From a virus (Duplodnaviria; Caudoviricetes): a stretch of DNA of 64,000 nucleotides. The notes under the pieces were generated by a model. The model was not told the origin of the DNA. It worked only from the letters and a program-made list of their open reading frames with translations, and did not search any database. The translations under genes and the position numbers were made by a program. The DNA is taken from positions 1 through 64,000 of the IMG/VR virus record IMGVR_UViG_3300014057_000005; one strand, given 5' to 3'. Positions 7,709 to 18,252 of the stretch are shown here, piece by piece (position 1 is the first letter of the stretch; the number at the start of each line of letters is the position of its first letter).

Positions 7709-9163
7709 ATAGCCAAGAAAAAAGTGAAAGGCGGAGACGGGGTGTATTTGCTTGGTCAGTCCGCCAATACAGTGACCGGATCTTTGTATCTGGTAAAGTT
7801 TGGTGATAAGCGAATCGTCCTTGACGCTGGCCTATACCAATCTGCAAGCAATTCTTACCTCGACAACTACAAAGTCAATTCTCGAAAAATCGAATCCGAT
7901 GTGATTAAGGCGGATTATCTGCTCATCTCCCATCCGCATATTGACCATGTTGGCCTAGTACCGAGATTATACAGGCTTGGTTTTCGTGGTCGTGTTATAT
8001 CTACCAAGGAAACAAAAATATTTGCCAGAGATCTTTTGCTGAATAGCGCCGGAATACTGGCAGGCGAGGCGAGACTGCTCTCAAAGAAGTATTCGCGTAA
8101 TTATGAGCCGATATACACAGAGGCTGATGTGAATAGCTCTTTAGAACTATTTGAAACATACAACAACTACAACGAGACGGTATCGCTTGATGATACGGTC
8201 TCTATTTTTATGCTTCCTAATTCGCACTGTCTTGGCGCGGTGCAGTACCTTATCACATTAAAGGACGAGCGAAAAACGCGGCGGATCCTTTTCACTGGCG
8301 ATATAGGGAGGCTTCACGATAATGCCAACCATTATGTTTCAAAGAGTGGCATTCTGGATAGGCGTGTAGATTTGGTACTGAGCGAGGCAACCTACGGGCT
8401 TGGCGATAGGGATACTAAACGCAAGAGACAACAGGATATTGGAATCCTAAAACAGTACATTCAAAGCACAGTTGAACGAGGCGGCTCTGTAGTAATGCCG
8501 GTGTTTGCATTTTCGAGGTCGTCTGAGGTGCTCACGGAATTGTACCTAGCGTTTAAGGATGACGAGAATTTCAAGATCCCTGTGATTGTAGATGGCGTTT
8601 TGAGCGCACAGATGTTTCGCGATTACGAGAAGGTCTTAGACGGTGAGGATCTTTGCCTTTGGCAAGATGTTCTGTCTTGGAAAAATTTACGAATTATTGA
8701 AGATAAGAAAGAGTCTGACAGGCAAGTTGCATCGGCAGAGCAAGCTATCATCCTCTCCTCTTCTGGCTTTATGACGAACGGTCGAATCCTTCAATATGCC
8801 GCGAAGTATTTGCCAGATGGAAAATCGACATTCGTTTTCACAGGGTGGGCCGGATCCAACCCTACTTATCTAAGCTACAAAATTAAAAACGCCAAGAAAT
8901 GCGATTCAATTAAGATTGCCGGGAGGCAGGTGCGGTGTCGCGCCGATTGTGTTTCTCTGCAAACCTTTAGTTGCCATATGGACGCAAAGGGTCTGCAAGA
9001 ATATTTGGGTGGTAAATATTTTGATGCCACCAAGATTTGCTTAGTGCATGGAGATGAAGATGCAAAAATTGCACTAAAGGCAAGGTTACAATGTGAATTG
9101 TCAAAGAACAATAAGAGCACCAGAGTGGTAATTGGGGCGCTTGGTTCTGTTCTGAGGCTTTGA
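7709..9163 (+). CDS. MBL-fold beta-CASP nuclease (CPSF73/YSH1-like); probable ATA start
   Basis: VTGS, LDAG, HPHIDH, FTGDIG, SEATYG, PVFAFSR, SSSGF, FSCH and LVHGD motifs; GAGGTG RBS 8 nt before ATA at 7709. Confidence 0.85.
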   Translation: MAKKKVKGGDGVYLLGQSANTVTGSLYLVKFGDKRIVLDAGLYQSASNSYLDNYKVNSRKIESDVIKADYLLISHPHIDHVGLVPRLYRLGFRGRVISTKETKIFARDLLLNSAGILAGEARLLSKKYSRNYEPIYTEADVNSSLELFETYNNYNETVSLDDTVSIFMLPNSHCLGAVQYLITLKDERKTRRILFTGDIGRLHDNANHYVSKSGILDRRVDLVLSEATYGLGDRDTKRKRQQDIGILKQYIQSTVERGGSVVMPVFAFSRSSEVLTELYLAFKDDENFKIPVIVDGVLSAQMFRDYEKVLDGEDLCLWQDVLSWKNLRIIEDKKESDRQVASAEQAIILSSSGFMTNGRILQYAAKYLPDGKSTFVFTGWAGSNPTYLSYKIKNAKKCDSIKIAGRQVRCRADCVSLQTFSCHMDAKGLQEYLGGKYFDATKICLVHGDEDAKIALKARLQCELSKNNKSTRVVIGALGSVLRL

Positions 9164-9188
9164 GATATACGGGTAAAAGGAGAACTAA

Positions 9189-9809
9189 ATGGAATTACTG
9201 TTACCGATGGAAGACACGACTGAAGATCTTTATAATCGCCAACTTGCAGATCCTGTTGCCATTGCAACTCATGCGGAACTTGCAGACCGCAAAGTGTGGC
9301 TCGGCGATGTAGACTCCGACCTGATTAACCAGATTACTAGATGGTTTTTAATTTGGGCGAAAGAGGACAAAGGGAAGCCTGTAGAAGAACGCAAACCGAT
9401 TCGCGTGTATATCTATAGCTATGGCGGTGATCTTGATATGACGATGCAAATCATCGACCTTATGCAGTGCAGCAAGACTCCGGTGTATACCTATGCCATG
9501 GGTTGCGCTTGCAGTGCCGGTGCGTTTATCTTCCTTGGCGGTGAGAAGCGCTTTATCCTCCCCAGATGTAATCTCCTGTTTCATCAGGGTTCTGGCGGAA
9601 GCGAAGGCACCTTCGACCAAGTGCAGTCTCAGAACGCGCACTATAAGCTTCGCATCAAACTCCTTCAGGATTTTTGCCTTGAGCGTATGGACATCCAAAA
9701 GCAGGTATTCACTAAGAAGTGGAAGTCTGAATGGTATCTTTCTTCTGAGGAGGCGTTAAAGTATGGCGTTGCTACTGACATTATTAGTGATCTTGATAGT
9801 ATTGTTTAA
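9189..9809 (+). CDS. clpP: ClpP-like protease subunit
   Basis: IRVYIYSYGG, catalytic Ser region ACSAGAFIFLGG, His in LFHQG, EALKYG. Confidence 0.85.
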   Translation: MELLLPMEDTTEDLYNRQLADPVAIATHAELADRKVWLGDVDSDLINQITRWFLIWAKEDKGKPVEERKPIRVYIYSYGGDLDMTMQIIDLMQCSKTPVYTYAMGCACSAGAFIFLGGEKRFILPRCNLLFHQGSGGSEGTFDQVQSQNAHYKLRIKLLQDFCLERMDIQKQVFTKKWKSEWYLSSEEALKYGVATDIISDLDSIV

Positions 9810-9824
9810 GGCGGGGGCGTTCGA

Positions 9825-11051
9825 ATGATGGATTTTAGAATGCGCCCCGAAGAGAACGAGAACCAGTATCTTTGGAGAATTTACGATGCTATCAAGTCCG
9901 GCGAAACGACTTGGAATGAGGTAACGCCGACAATCAACGCGGAGTTATTTGGAGACGACACTGCAAAATACAGGGACGAGAGCGCCTATAGAAAAAAGGT
10001 TAAGGCTGCGGATGACTTTGTGCAGTCTGGTGTTTTTAATTTTACCGAAGATGAATATCTGAATCGGCTCGTTGAACAACGGCGAAAACTTCAGAAGGAG
10101 CGCGTTAAATTTCAAACAGAGAAACTTGAATATAATCGGTGGCTCCGCAGTGATGCGCGAGACGAACTGATTATCGAAAAGATTCAGAGCGCGTTACAGG
10201 AGATGCCTAAGTTGCCACCTCCCAAAGTAGTCCCGGAACAGCCAACAGCCAATGAGAAAGAGTATCTTCTTCTGTTTGGCGACGAGCATTATGGCGCAGA
10301 GTTTCGTGTCGAAGGGTTACTCGGCGAATTAATAAATGAATATAGCCCCGAGGTGTTTGAGCGGCGGATGTCTCTTCTTCTGGGCGAGGTCATTGCTTTT
10401 GTCAAGAAGGAAAAGGTAAGAGAACTCCACATTATTTCTCTTGGCGATCAAGCCGATGGTTTACTAAGAGTGAAACAGCTGTTGCATCTTCGTTATGGTG
10501 TAATTGACAGCACGATTAAATACGCGGAATACATTTCGAACTGGCTGAATGAACTTTCGAAGCACGTTCGCATTATTTATTCGGCTGTTGAAGACGGAAA
10601 CCACACTCAACTTCGTATGCTTGGGCAACCGAAAGGCACTTTTGAAGACGAGAATACCGCAAAGTTTGTAGAGGCTTATATTAAAGCCAGAATGAGAAAT
10701 AACCCCAATTTCAAATATGTGGATAATCACGGTGGTTATGTTGTGCAAACTGTGTGTGGCGCAAATGTGGTAGCATTTCATGGAGAATGCAAAGATATTG
10801 AAGCGGCAGTGAAAGAACTGTCGTTGCTCTATGATTTTAAAATTGACTGCCTCATCACTGGGCATAAGCATCATAGCAGAATGGAAGAAGTTCTGGATGG
10901 TTGTGAGGTGGTGCAGGTTCCGAGTATTGTGGGGACAGATCCTTATTCGGCTTCGCTCTACAAATCCTCTGCCCCGGCTGCAAAGCTGATGGTGTTCGAG
11001 GATCAGCTCGGGAAGGTCTGTGAATACACGATTAAACTAGGCAGAGCCTAA
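9825..11051 (+). CDS. Calcineurin-like metallophosphoesterase
   Basis: GDEHYG, LGDQADG, GNH, FHG and GHKHH motifs. Confidence 0.8.
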   Translation: MMDFRMRPEENENQYLWRIYDAIKSGETTWNEVTPTINAELFGDDTAKYRDESAYRKKVKAADDFVQSGVFNFTEDEYLNRLVEQRRKLQKERVKFQTEKLEYNRWLRSDARDELIIEKIQSALQEMPKLPPPKVVPEQPTANEKEYLLLFGDEHYGAEFRVEGLLGELINEYSPEVFERRMSLLLGEVIAFVKKEKVRELHIISLGDQADGLLRVKQLLHLRYGVIDSTIKYAEYISNWLNELSKHVRIIYSAVEDGNHTQLRMLGQPKGTFEDENTAKFVEAYIKARMRNNPNFKYVDNHGGYVVQTVCGANVVAFHGECKDIEAAVKELSLLYDFKIDCLITGHKHHSRMEEVLDGCEVVQVPSIVGTDPYSASLYKSSAPAAKLMVFEDQLGKVCEYTIKLGRA

Positions 11052-11079
11052 AGAATAAAAGGAGAAAGAGTAAAAGGGT

Positions 11080-11379
11080 ATGAGTAATAAGTTATCAAAA
11101 AGTGAGCTTGTCAGACAGCTTGCAGAGGCGAGCGGCTATACGCTGCGCGACTCGAGGTTCTTTCTGAACGCTCTTTTCTATGTCATTAAAAACAATATGA
11201 TCGCTGGTAATGAAGTAGAATTTCAAGGTATCGGTTCGTTCGGAACTGTACTAGCCCCCGCTACTGAAAACTACAATATCAACGAGGGAAGAATGACAAC
11301 TGTAGCGCCCCACTATGTCCCGCGTTTTCGCTGGTCAAAACATTTTAGGCGTTCGCTGCTTGATCTTACCGTTGAGTAA
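11080..11379 (+). CDS. HU/IHF-like DNA-binding protein
   Basis: KSELVRQLAE, GNEVEFQGIGSF, VPRFRWSK match the HU pattern. Confidence 0.8.
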   Translation: MSNKLSKSELVRQLAEASGYTLRDSRFFLNALFYVIKNNMIAGNEVEFQGIGSFGTVLAPATENYNINEGRMTTVAPHYVPRFRWSKHFRRSLLDLTVE

Positions 11380-11527
11380 TTACGACGATATTGTTGCCCA
11401 GATTGAATTTACAGCCGACGAATTTGATTTGGTTAGAGAAATGCTCAAAGCTTGCGATGAGGATCCGAACAACCTCGGATTCTCAATTACGCTCGACTCC
11501 TTGAAAGAGAAGTTTGGCGCGGACTAA
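11315..11527 (+). CDS. Small acidic hypothetical protein (true start uncertain, probably later)
   Basis: Fills the gap; its stop overlaps the next ATG. Confidence 0.4.
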   Translation: MSRVFAGQNILGVRCLILPLSNYDDIVAQIEFTADEFDLVREMLKACDEDPNNLGFSITLDSLKEKFGAD

Positions 11528-12534
11528 TGGCTGGCAAAAGGGCGAGAAGAGTCGGCGAGGGGGCGGAACCGCTTCGGAAGGCTAAAACATCATCCGGCAA
11601 TCGGCGCGTTGATGCGCCTGTGTTATCCGACAAATCTGTTGACGGAATTCTGTGTCCAAGTTGTGGGCGAAAATACACTGATATCCTGTCGAATTACTAC
11701 GGAACCCACAGCAAATTCTATTCGTACACTAATTCAATTCCCATCTGCAAAGAGTGTTTAAAAAATCTTTTCGAGGAATACACTCAGAGACTTGGCGATC
11801 CTTTAGAAGCACTGCGTTATGTATGCGGCGCTGTCGATTCTTATTTCAGCCGTGACCTTGCAGAAAAAACCAGAGGTGACAACTGGCTCAATACATATTT
11901 CATTGCAAATGCAAGGAATAATTCGACAAAGTCTTACCTCGACACCTTACTAGAAGAGCGCGCGGCAGCGCAGGCTGTTTATTCTATGCCAGAGATGGAT
12001 TCGGATGTGAAACCTGAGACGATTCGACGTTTTGGTCTTGGCTATTCTACGGAACAGTACCAATGGCTCCAAAGCGAGTATTCGGACTGGTGTAGGAAAT
12101 ATGAGATTGCTGGCGATAAACCGCTGGAAATCTTGATTGCAAATATCGTACGAACAGAGTTGGAAATTTCTGAAGCGCCACAGACGGGCGCGGATGTTAA
12201 TAAGTTAACGACAAGATTAAATACTCTGCTTGGCTCTGCGAATCTGAAGCCAGTACAGAGCAACTCCGAAGCTAATGAGATTTACCCGTTTGGCGTAGAG
12301 ATACAAAAATTCGAGGAAGAGTGCCCAATTGAACCGGATCCTGAAATGGAAGATGTCGATGGAATACTGAGGTATCTGCAAATTTTTAGTGGGCATATTG
12401 CCAAGATGTTTGGAAAGCCAAATCGCTATTCGCATATCTACGAAGAGGAGATGGCGAAATATACAGTGTCTCCGCCAGAATATGAATACGAAGAGGAATC
12501 GGGATCCGAGTCTCTTTTTGGCGATAATGACTAG
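11527..12534 (+). CDS. Zn-finger protein before TerL; putative small terminase
   Basis: CPSC...ICKEC; synteny directly upstream of the large terminase. Confidence 0.55.
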   Translation: MAGKRARRVGEGAEPLRKAKTSSGNRRVDAPVLSDKSVDGILCPSCGRKYTDILSNYYGTHSKFYSYTNSIPICKECLKNLFEEYTQRLGDPLEALRYVCGAVDSYFSRDLAEKTRGDNWLNTYFIANARNNSTKSYLDTLLEERAAAQAVYSMPEMDSDVKPETIRRFGLGYSTEQYQWLQSEYSDWCRKYEIAGDKPLEILIANIVRTELEISEAPQTGADVNKLTTRLNTLLGSANLKPVQSNSEANEIYPFGVEIQKFEEECPIEPDPEMEDVDGILRYLQIFSGHIAKMFGKPNRYSHIYEEEMAKYTVSPPEYEYEEESGSESLFGDND

Positions 12535-12545
12535 GGGGTGTAAGA

Positions 12546-14318
12546 ATGCCCGACCATTCAAATACCCCGTTAAATAAGAAACAACAGCGGCTTGAGAAGA
12601 AACGAACCGCAGTTTCAAGAGCATGTGCGTTCTATCGTGCGAACCCGCATCGGTTTGCGAAGGATTACATGAATCTGAACCTGCGCCTGTTTCAGAAGCT
12701 GCTGTTATTTTTCATGAATTGGGCTACCAACTTTTTGCTCATTGCTGCGAGGGGTTTAAGTAAAACCTTCCTTATCGCTGTTTTTTGCTGCATCCGATGT
12801 ATCTTATATCCCGGCACAAAAATTTGTGTTGCGGGTTCTACGCGGACTCAGGGCAATCAGGTTTTAAGCAAAATCAAGGATGAGCTAATTAAGCGTTCTG
12901 ATAACCTTGCATTCGAGATCGACGGGGAAATAACCATAAGCCAGAATAAGGGCGAATGTTATTTCAAAAACGGGAGCTGGATAAAGGTTGTCACCGCGAG
13001 CGACGGATCGCGTGGTCACCGTTGCAACATCCTTTTCGTAGACGAGTATGTCCAAGTTGACAAAAGTATGGTCGATAAGGTTCTTGAGAAATTCTTATCT
13101 GCCGAACGCCTTCCCGGTTATCTTGACAAGCCGGAGTATAGCGACTACCCACGCGAAAGAAACAAGCAGCTCTATGCGAGTTCTGCATATTACAAAAGCA
13201 ACTGGGGATATAAAAAGTTCAAGGCATATCTGGCCGAACTTGTCCTCAATGATGATAAGAAGTATTTCACCTGTGCGCTTCCTTACCAGATAGCAATTCG
13301 CGAAGGACTGTTGTCTAGAGAGCAAGTCGAAGACCAGATGTCAGAAGATGATTTTGACGAGATCTCGTTCTCAATGGAAATGGAGGCAATGTTCTATGGC
13401 GGCAATTCTGAATCGTTCTTCAGAGAAGATGTGCTCAATAATTGTAGACAGTTAAAACCGCCGCAGATGCTACCGCCGCTAAAGGACGTGCTCGCCGGAG
13501 TGGCAAAGGTGCCGCCGCTTGAGCCGGGTGAACGCAGAGTCTTATCAATGGACGTTGCACTTATGGCATCCAAACGCCACAAGAACGACGCGTCCGCTAT
13601 CCTTATCAATCGTGCGATTCCAAACGCAAAACGCACTTCCTATATATCGAACTATGTATATCTTGATTCTTGGGAAGGACGTACGGCCAGCGAGCAAGGG
13701 TTGGATATTATGCGGTTGTTCTACAGGTATAACTGCACAGACCTCGTGGTTGACGCGAACGGTGTCGGGCAGGCGATCTTCGATTATATTATCTTAGACC
13801 ACTACGACCCAGAACAGAATATCACATATGGTGCGCTGACCACAATAGACCCAAAAGATTCAATGGCTGACCGATGTAAAGTCAAGGACGCGATTCGTTG
13901 TATCTGGCCTGTTAAAGCAAATATGGCTTTTAACGATACGATCAATCTCAATCTACGTGCGGCTCTGGCAAATGGTAGGATTTATCTGCCAATCGACGAA
14001 CAGACAGCGGAGTTCGAGTTGATGGAGAACGATAAACGATATCGTAAAATGCCATCAATTCAAAAGGTCGAATACAAACTCCCGTTCATACAGACGAGTG
14101 CGCTCATTGCCGAGCTTGTTGGTCTGCAAAAAGACGACTCAAACGGCAAAATTAAACTTAAGGAACGCGCAGGTGCGCGAAAGGATAGATTTAGTAGCTT
14201 TGTATACAATAACTATTGCGTAACAGAGCTATCGAGAAAACTTCGCGGTGTTGACAATAGTGATTTTGACATCTCGAAGACCATGCTATTTAGGAAGCCT
14301 GTGCTTCGTAAACAATAA
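12546..14318 (+). CDS. terL: Terminase large subunit
   Basis: Walker A-like AARGLSKT, Walker B ILFVDE, nuclease motifs LSMDVA, VVDANG, KDRFSS. Confidence 0.9.
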   Translation: MPDHSNTPLNKKQQRLEKKRTAVSRACAFYRANPHRFAKDYMNLNLRLFQKLLLFFMNWATNFLLIAARGLSKTFLIAVFCCIRCILYPGTKICVAGSTRTQGNQVLSKIKDELIKRSDNLAFEIDGEITISQNKGECYFKNGSWIKVVTASDGSRGHRCNILFVDEYVQVDKSMVDKVLEKFLSAERLPGYLDKPEYSDYPRERNKQLYASSAYYKSNWGYKKFKAYLAELVLNDDKKYFTCALPYQIAIREGLLSREQVEDQMSEDDFDEISFSMEMEAMFYGGNSESFFREDVLNNCRQLKPPQMLPPLKDVLAGVAKVPPLEPGERRVLSMDVALMASKRHKNDASAILINRAIPNAKRTSYISNYVYLDSWEGRTASEQGLDIMRLFYRYNCTDLVVDANGVGQAIFDYIILDHYDPEQNITYGALTTIDPKDSMADRCKVKDAIRCIWPVKANMAFNDTINLNLRAALANGRIYLPIDEQTAEFELMENDKRYRKMPSIQKVEYKLPFIQTSALIAELVGLQKDDSNGKIKLKERAGARKDRFSSFVYNNYCVTELSRKLRGVDNSDFDISKTMLFRKPVLRKQ

Positions 14319-14333
14319 AAGGGGGATCTGCTG

Positions 14334-15884
14334 ATGAAAGACCTTACGGTTGAGCAGATGGATCAGCTTGATAAATATTCTGCTCATTTTACTGCGAGTG
14401 TCAGACGCGCCCTCAGAGCCTCTCTCACTGGCGATATTTTAACCGGGAAGTATGAAAGTTATATTGGTAAGAAGATATCCATTGAGAATCTGAAAACCTT
14501 GATGGAAAATCCAACGACCGCCGCATATCAGAAGCAACTTCGCCAGATGAGTATGTATCTTTTCTTAGTGTCTCCGCATTATCGGCGGCTGATTTCGTAC
14601 TACTCCACTCTCCCAACATTCAATTATACCATTGCCCCGGCAAAGCTCGCGCTGAAAAAACTGAATAGTGCCGCGAAGAAAAAGTATTCGCAGAGTTATT
14701 ACGACACCGTGAACGATTGCGAACGGTACGCTTTTAAAGACGAGCTTCCAGTAGTGATGAGTTGGGTTCTTCTGGAAGGCATCTACTGCGGTCTGTATTA
14801 CGAGGATGATGAGTCTTTCTACCTGAAACACTTCCCGACAGATTATGTCAAAGTGTACTCAGAGATGGACGGTGTATATCGTTTTGCAGTTGACTTGGAT
14901 TACTTCGCATCCCGCAATTACCTGTTTGCTGCTTATGGTGACGAGTTCTACCAAGCATATCTTGCATATAAGGGCGATTCGAAACTTGGCGTTAAGGGCG
15001 ATAGGATGCTTCGTTGGTACGAGCCGCCCAATCAGGTCTGTGTTAAGTACGATGATGATCCTACCATTATCGTCCCATTCTTCTGTGGCATCTATAAAGA
15101 GGTACTTGACCTTGATGACTACAGACTGCTTGCAAAAGCCAAAACCGAAATGGGGAACTATAAAGTTTTGGCAATGAAGCAAGACGTGGATGAGAACGGT
15201 GTTCCCAAGCTTGACTTTGATATTGCGTCCAAGTACTACAACCAAGCGGCAGCGAACCTGCCAGAACAGGTTGGCCTTATCATGTCGCCGTTCAAGATTG
15301 AGGCATTTACGTTTGACAAGTCTAATGTGGCTGATACAGACGATGTGAACAAGGCAGAGAACGCGCTCTGGTCTGCGACTGGGACAAACCCGCTTCTGTT
15401 TGGCGCGGCCGACATCTCTTCGGCTAACGCGCTTCTACTTTCGATTAAATCGGATGAGATGATTGCGTATACGGTTCTTCACAAAATTGAACGCGCATTC
15501 AACTTGGTGCAGAAACTGAAACGTCGGCCTTATGAGTTCAGGATCCGCTTCCTTGACCAGTCTATTTACTGCCGGGAAGCAGTACAGGATTCGTTTTCGA
15601 AGGCGGCGACATATGGTGTCCCCGGTGCGAAATCGCTTTATGCGGCATCGCTTGGCATATCACCGTCTGATGTTATTGGAATGTCGTATCTTGAGGATGA
15701 GATTCTTGGATTTACCGTGACGTGTTTCAATCGTCCCATGCTTTCTTCGCACACCACGGCAAATACATCTACAGGTGACGAAGGCGGTCGCCCCACTAAC
15801 GAGTCCCAAGGGGTTGTGTTGACCGAAAGCGGCGAAGCGTCACAAGAGGCTGGAGAAGATAACAACAATGCTAACGTCCAATAA
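14334..15884 (+). CDS. Portal protein
   Basis: 516 aa, directly after TerL, C-terminal GGRP motif. Confidence 0.75.
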   Translation: MKDLTVEQMDQLDKYSAHFTASVRRALRASLTGDILTGKYESYIGKKISIENLKTLMENPTTAAYQKQLRQMSMYLFLVSPHYRRLISYYSTLPTFNYTIAPAKLALKKLNSAAKKKYSQSYYDTVNDCERYAFKDELPVVMSWVLLEGIYCGLYYEDDESFYLKHFPTDYVKVYSEMDGVYRFAVDLDYFASRNYLFAAYGDEFYQAYLAYKGDSKLGVKGDRMLRWYEPPNQVCVKYDDDPTIIVPFFCGIYKEVLDLDDYRLLAKAKTEMGNYKVLAMKQDVDENGVPKLDFDIASKYYNQAAANLPEQVGLIMSPFKIEAFTFDKSNVADTDDVNKAENALWSATGTNPLLFGAADISSANALLLSIKSDEMIAYTVLHKIERAFNLVQKLKRRPYEFRIRFLDQSIYCREAVQDSFSKAATYGVPGAKSLYAASLGISPSDVIGMSYLEDEILGFTVTCFNRPMLSSHTTANTSTGDEGGRPTNESQGVVLTESGEASQEAGEDNNNANVQ

Positions 15885-15906
15885 AGTTAGCGCAATGTTT
15901 AAGCGT

Positions 15907-16110
15907 ATGACGAAAGTATTAAAAGTTTTAGATAAGAAGAAAGCTGAGGAACTAATGGCGGCTGGATTTGGCTGCTTTGAAGAACGTATTGGTTCTGTTG
16001 ACGAGGTAATTGACGTATACACGTTTGTTGTCGATGATGCGCTCGAGGAATATCTCGCGAGCTGCTTTTCGGCGGCTGACGCTTTTTATGATTACAAACT
16101 ACTATTTTAG
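15907..16110 (+). CDS. Small hypothetical protein
   Basis: Fills the gap between portal and protease; start uncertain. Confidence 0.5.
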   Translation: MTKVLKVLDKKKAEELMAAGFGCFEERIGSVDEVIDVYTFVVDDALEEYLASCFSAADAFYDYKLLF

Positions 16111-16125
16111 AAGGGGGTGAAACCG

Positions 16126-17604
16126 ATGAGCGAAAATAAGCTTTCTTGCCAGTTCAGCATGCAGCTTACGAATTTTGAGAAGCTGAATGACAACTTCACA
16201 AAGGCGAAGTGCTACGTGCTTGCGCTTGGTAAGAATCAGAACAAGTCTTATTTTGGTAAGGACGCGGTTGACGCAGCGTATCCTTCGCTTGCGTTTGTTC
16301 CTGTCGTTGGTCACCTCATGGAAACTGAGGATGGGAAGCACTATCTTGGTGGGCACGACTACAAGCTCGACAAAGAAAAGATGGAGCTAAAGAGCCTGTG
16401 TGTGCCGTTCGGTGTAGCCGTCCCCGCTCCTGAGCCTGTCTATGAAACCGTTGTTGAGAACGGTTCTGAAATGAGCACCTATCTTACATCGGACATTATT
16501 CTGTGGACAGGACGATACCCGGAACTTGCCGAGGCTATTTATAGCGACAAGATCCTTTTTAATCAGAGTATGGAGGTCTACTTCGACAAATATGAAAAGC
16601 TCGAAGAGGATCCTGCATATACAAATATTCAGTCGTTCACGTTCGATGCGCTTTGCCTGCTGAACAAGTCTGACGATAAGAAATTTAACGTCGAGCCTTG
16701 CTTTCCCAGTGCATCCGTAGTGGCTACTGACTATTCGGCAACTGACGTTTTTGGTGCGATGGTTGCGGAAATGAAGGAACAACTTAAGTCGTATTTTGCG
16801 GCAGAAGGAGGAAAAGATTTGGCTGATAAGACTAAAGAGCCGATCAATATGGTTGCCGAGTTTGCTTCGACCTACAACAAGAAGCGCGACGCTATCGCAT
16901 CCGTCCTCAAAGGCCTCCGCACGAATACCAAAGATGACGATGGGAATATCATCTCTGAGACTTCGTATTGGCTGATGGATTTTAGCGACGAGCATGCTTT
17001 TGTCGAGAAGAGCATTTACTCGTGGGCAGACGGGGCTTGTGCTAGTGAGTATTCCTACTGGCGTATCCCGTACACCTACGATGAGGCTACCGAGGCGGCT
17101 GCATTCTCTGGAGAAGCCGAAGCGGTTACTCGTGAATGGCTGACCGCAGAGGAAAAGGCTAAACTCGAGGCGCAAACCAAGGCGCAATTTGAGGAAGTCA
17201 TTGCTGAAATGGTCACCGAACACGCAGAGATCAAAGAGCAATTTGAGGCTCTGCAAACCGAAGCTGAAGAGCTTCGCACTTTTAAGGCTGACACCCTCGC
17301 CGAGCAGAGACGCGTTGCGGAAGCCGCGCTGTTTGCGCTCTATGACGAGAAACTGGCGAACGTTGAAGGATATAGCGAGCTGAAGGCAAACGCATCCAAG
17401 TTCGGGCTTGATGCCCTCGAAGAAAAATGCAATGCGCTGTTCGGTAAGTTCTCGCTTGCCAACGCGAAAGCGCAAGACCCCGAACCTCAGAAGGCTGACT
17501 TCGGAAAGACTCCTACAGACCTGTCCAGTGCCGATATGGACGATATGGACAAGATGCCTTACGGCGGTCTGATGGAGAGTTGGATGGCGAAACACAACAA
17601 ATAA
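16126..17604 (+). CDS. Prohead protease with C-terminal coiled-coil scaffold
   Basis: PVVGH, QSMEV, ALCLL and EPCF protease-like motifs; acidic helical C-terminal half; synteny. Confidence 0.7.
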   Translation: MSENKLSCQFSMQLTNFEKLNDNFTKAKCYVLALGKNQNKSYFGKDAVDAAYPSLAFVPVVGHLMETEDGKHYLGGHDYKLDKEKMELKSLCVPFGVAVPAPEPVYETVVENGSEMSTYLTSDIILWTGRYPELAEAIYSDKILFNQSMEVYFDKYEKLEEDPAYTNIQSFTFDALCLLNKSDDKKFNVEPCFPSASVVATDYSATDVFGAMVAEMKEQLKSYFAAEGGKDLADKTKEPINMVAEFASTYNKKRDAIASVLKGLRTNTKDDDGNIISETSYWLMDFSDEHAFVEKSIYSWADGACASEYSYWRIPYTYDEATEAAAFSGEAEAVTREWLTAEEKAKLEAQTKAQFEEVIAEMVTEHAEIKEQFEALQTEAEELRTFKADTLAEQRRVAEAALFALYDEKLANVEGYSELKANASKFGLDALEEKCNALFGKFSLANAKAQDPEPQKADFGKTPTDLSSADMDDMDKMPYGGLMESWMAKHNK

Positions 17605-17615
17605 TTAACGATGCC

Positions 17616-17636
17616 GAACCCGATGGGTTCTTTTTT
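17616..17636 (+). terminator. Short intrinsic terminator
   Basis: GAACCC-GAT-GGGTTC followed by T6. Confidence 0.55.
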
Positions 17637-17673
17637 ATTGTACAAAACACATTCCTAAAAGGAGGAAACTAAC

Positions 17674-18213
17674 ATGGCTAGAGTAAAGCATGCCGTAGTC
17701 CGTCTGGACAATATTACTGGTATGGTGGACGGCGCAAGAATTCACTCCGGTAGATTCTATAGCGATGTCGCGAATAAAGTGACTGCGGATATCGACAATG
17801 GTTTCCCGGTCAAGATTGGTGCACTGGAAGACGGTGAGCGCGAAATTCGCATCTGCGAGGCTCCCGCACAGGGCGATACCGATTGGGGTATTGTTACCAC
17901 TCCCGAGGTTGATTCTGCTTGGGATCGCAACTACCTTGGTATTCAGGATTTCTACAACAAGGCTGGAGAACCGATCCGTATTCATGTCCTGAAGGATCAC
18001 AATATCTTCTCTGTCTCTATTGAGGCTCTTGACGGCACCCCGACCGTTGGACAGAAGATCGACCTTGGTGGAACTAATGGTAAATGGCACGTTGGCTCGA
18101 CTGGCATTGCTACCTGCGTTGCTATCGATACTATCGGCACTGCCGTTGCGGTTGGCTCCGTTCCGGGCGTAGCTCCGGTGACTCTGTACGCTTTTGAGAT
18201 TGACCCGGCGTAA
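17674..18213 (+). CDS. Head decoration/cement protein
   Basis: 179 aa, strong AAGGAGG RBS, immediately before the major capsid gene. Confidence 0.6.
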   Translation: MARVKHAVVRLDNITGMVDGARIHSGRFYSDVANKVTADIDNGFPVKIGALEDGEREIRICEAPAQGDTDWGIVTTPEVDSAWDRNYLGIQDFYNKAGEPIRIHVLKDHNIFSVSIEALDGTPTVGQKIDLGGTNGKWHVGSTGIATCVAIDTIGTAVAVGSVPGVAPVTLYAFEIDPA

Positions 18214-18252
18214 TCAACACAAATCACAATTATAGAAAGGTGGTAAAACACA

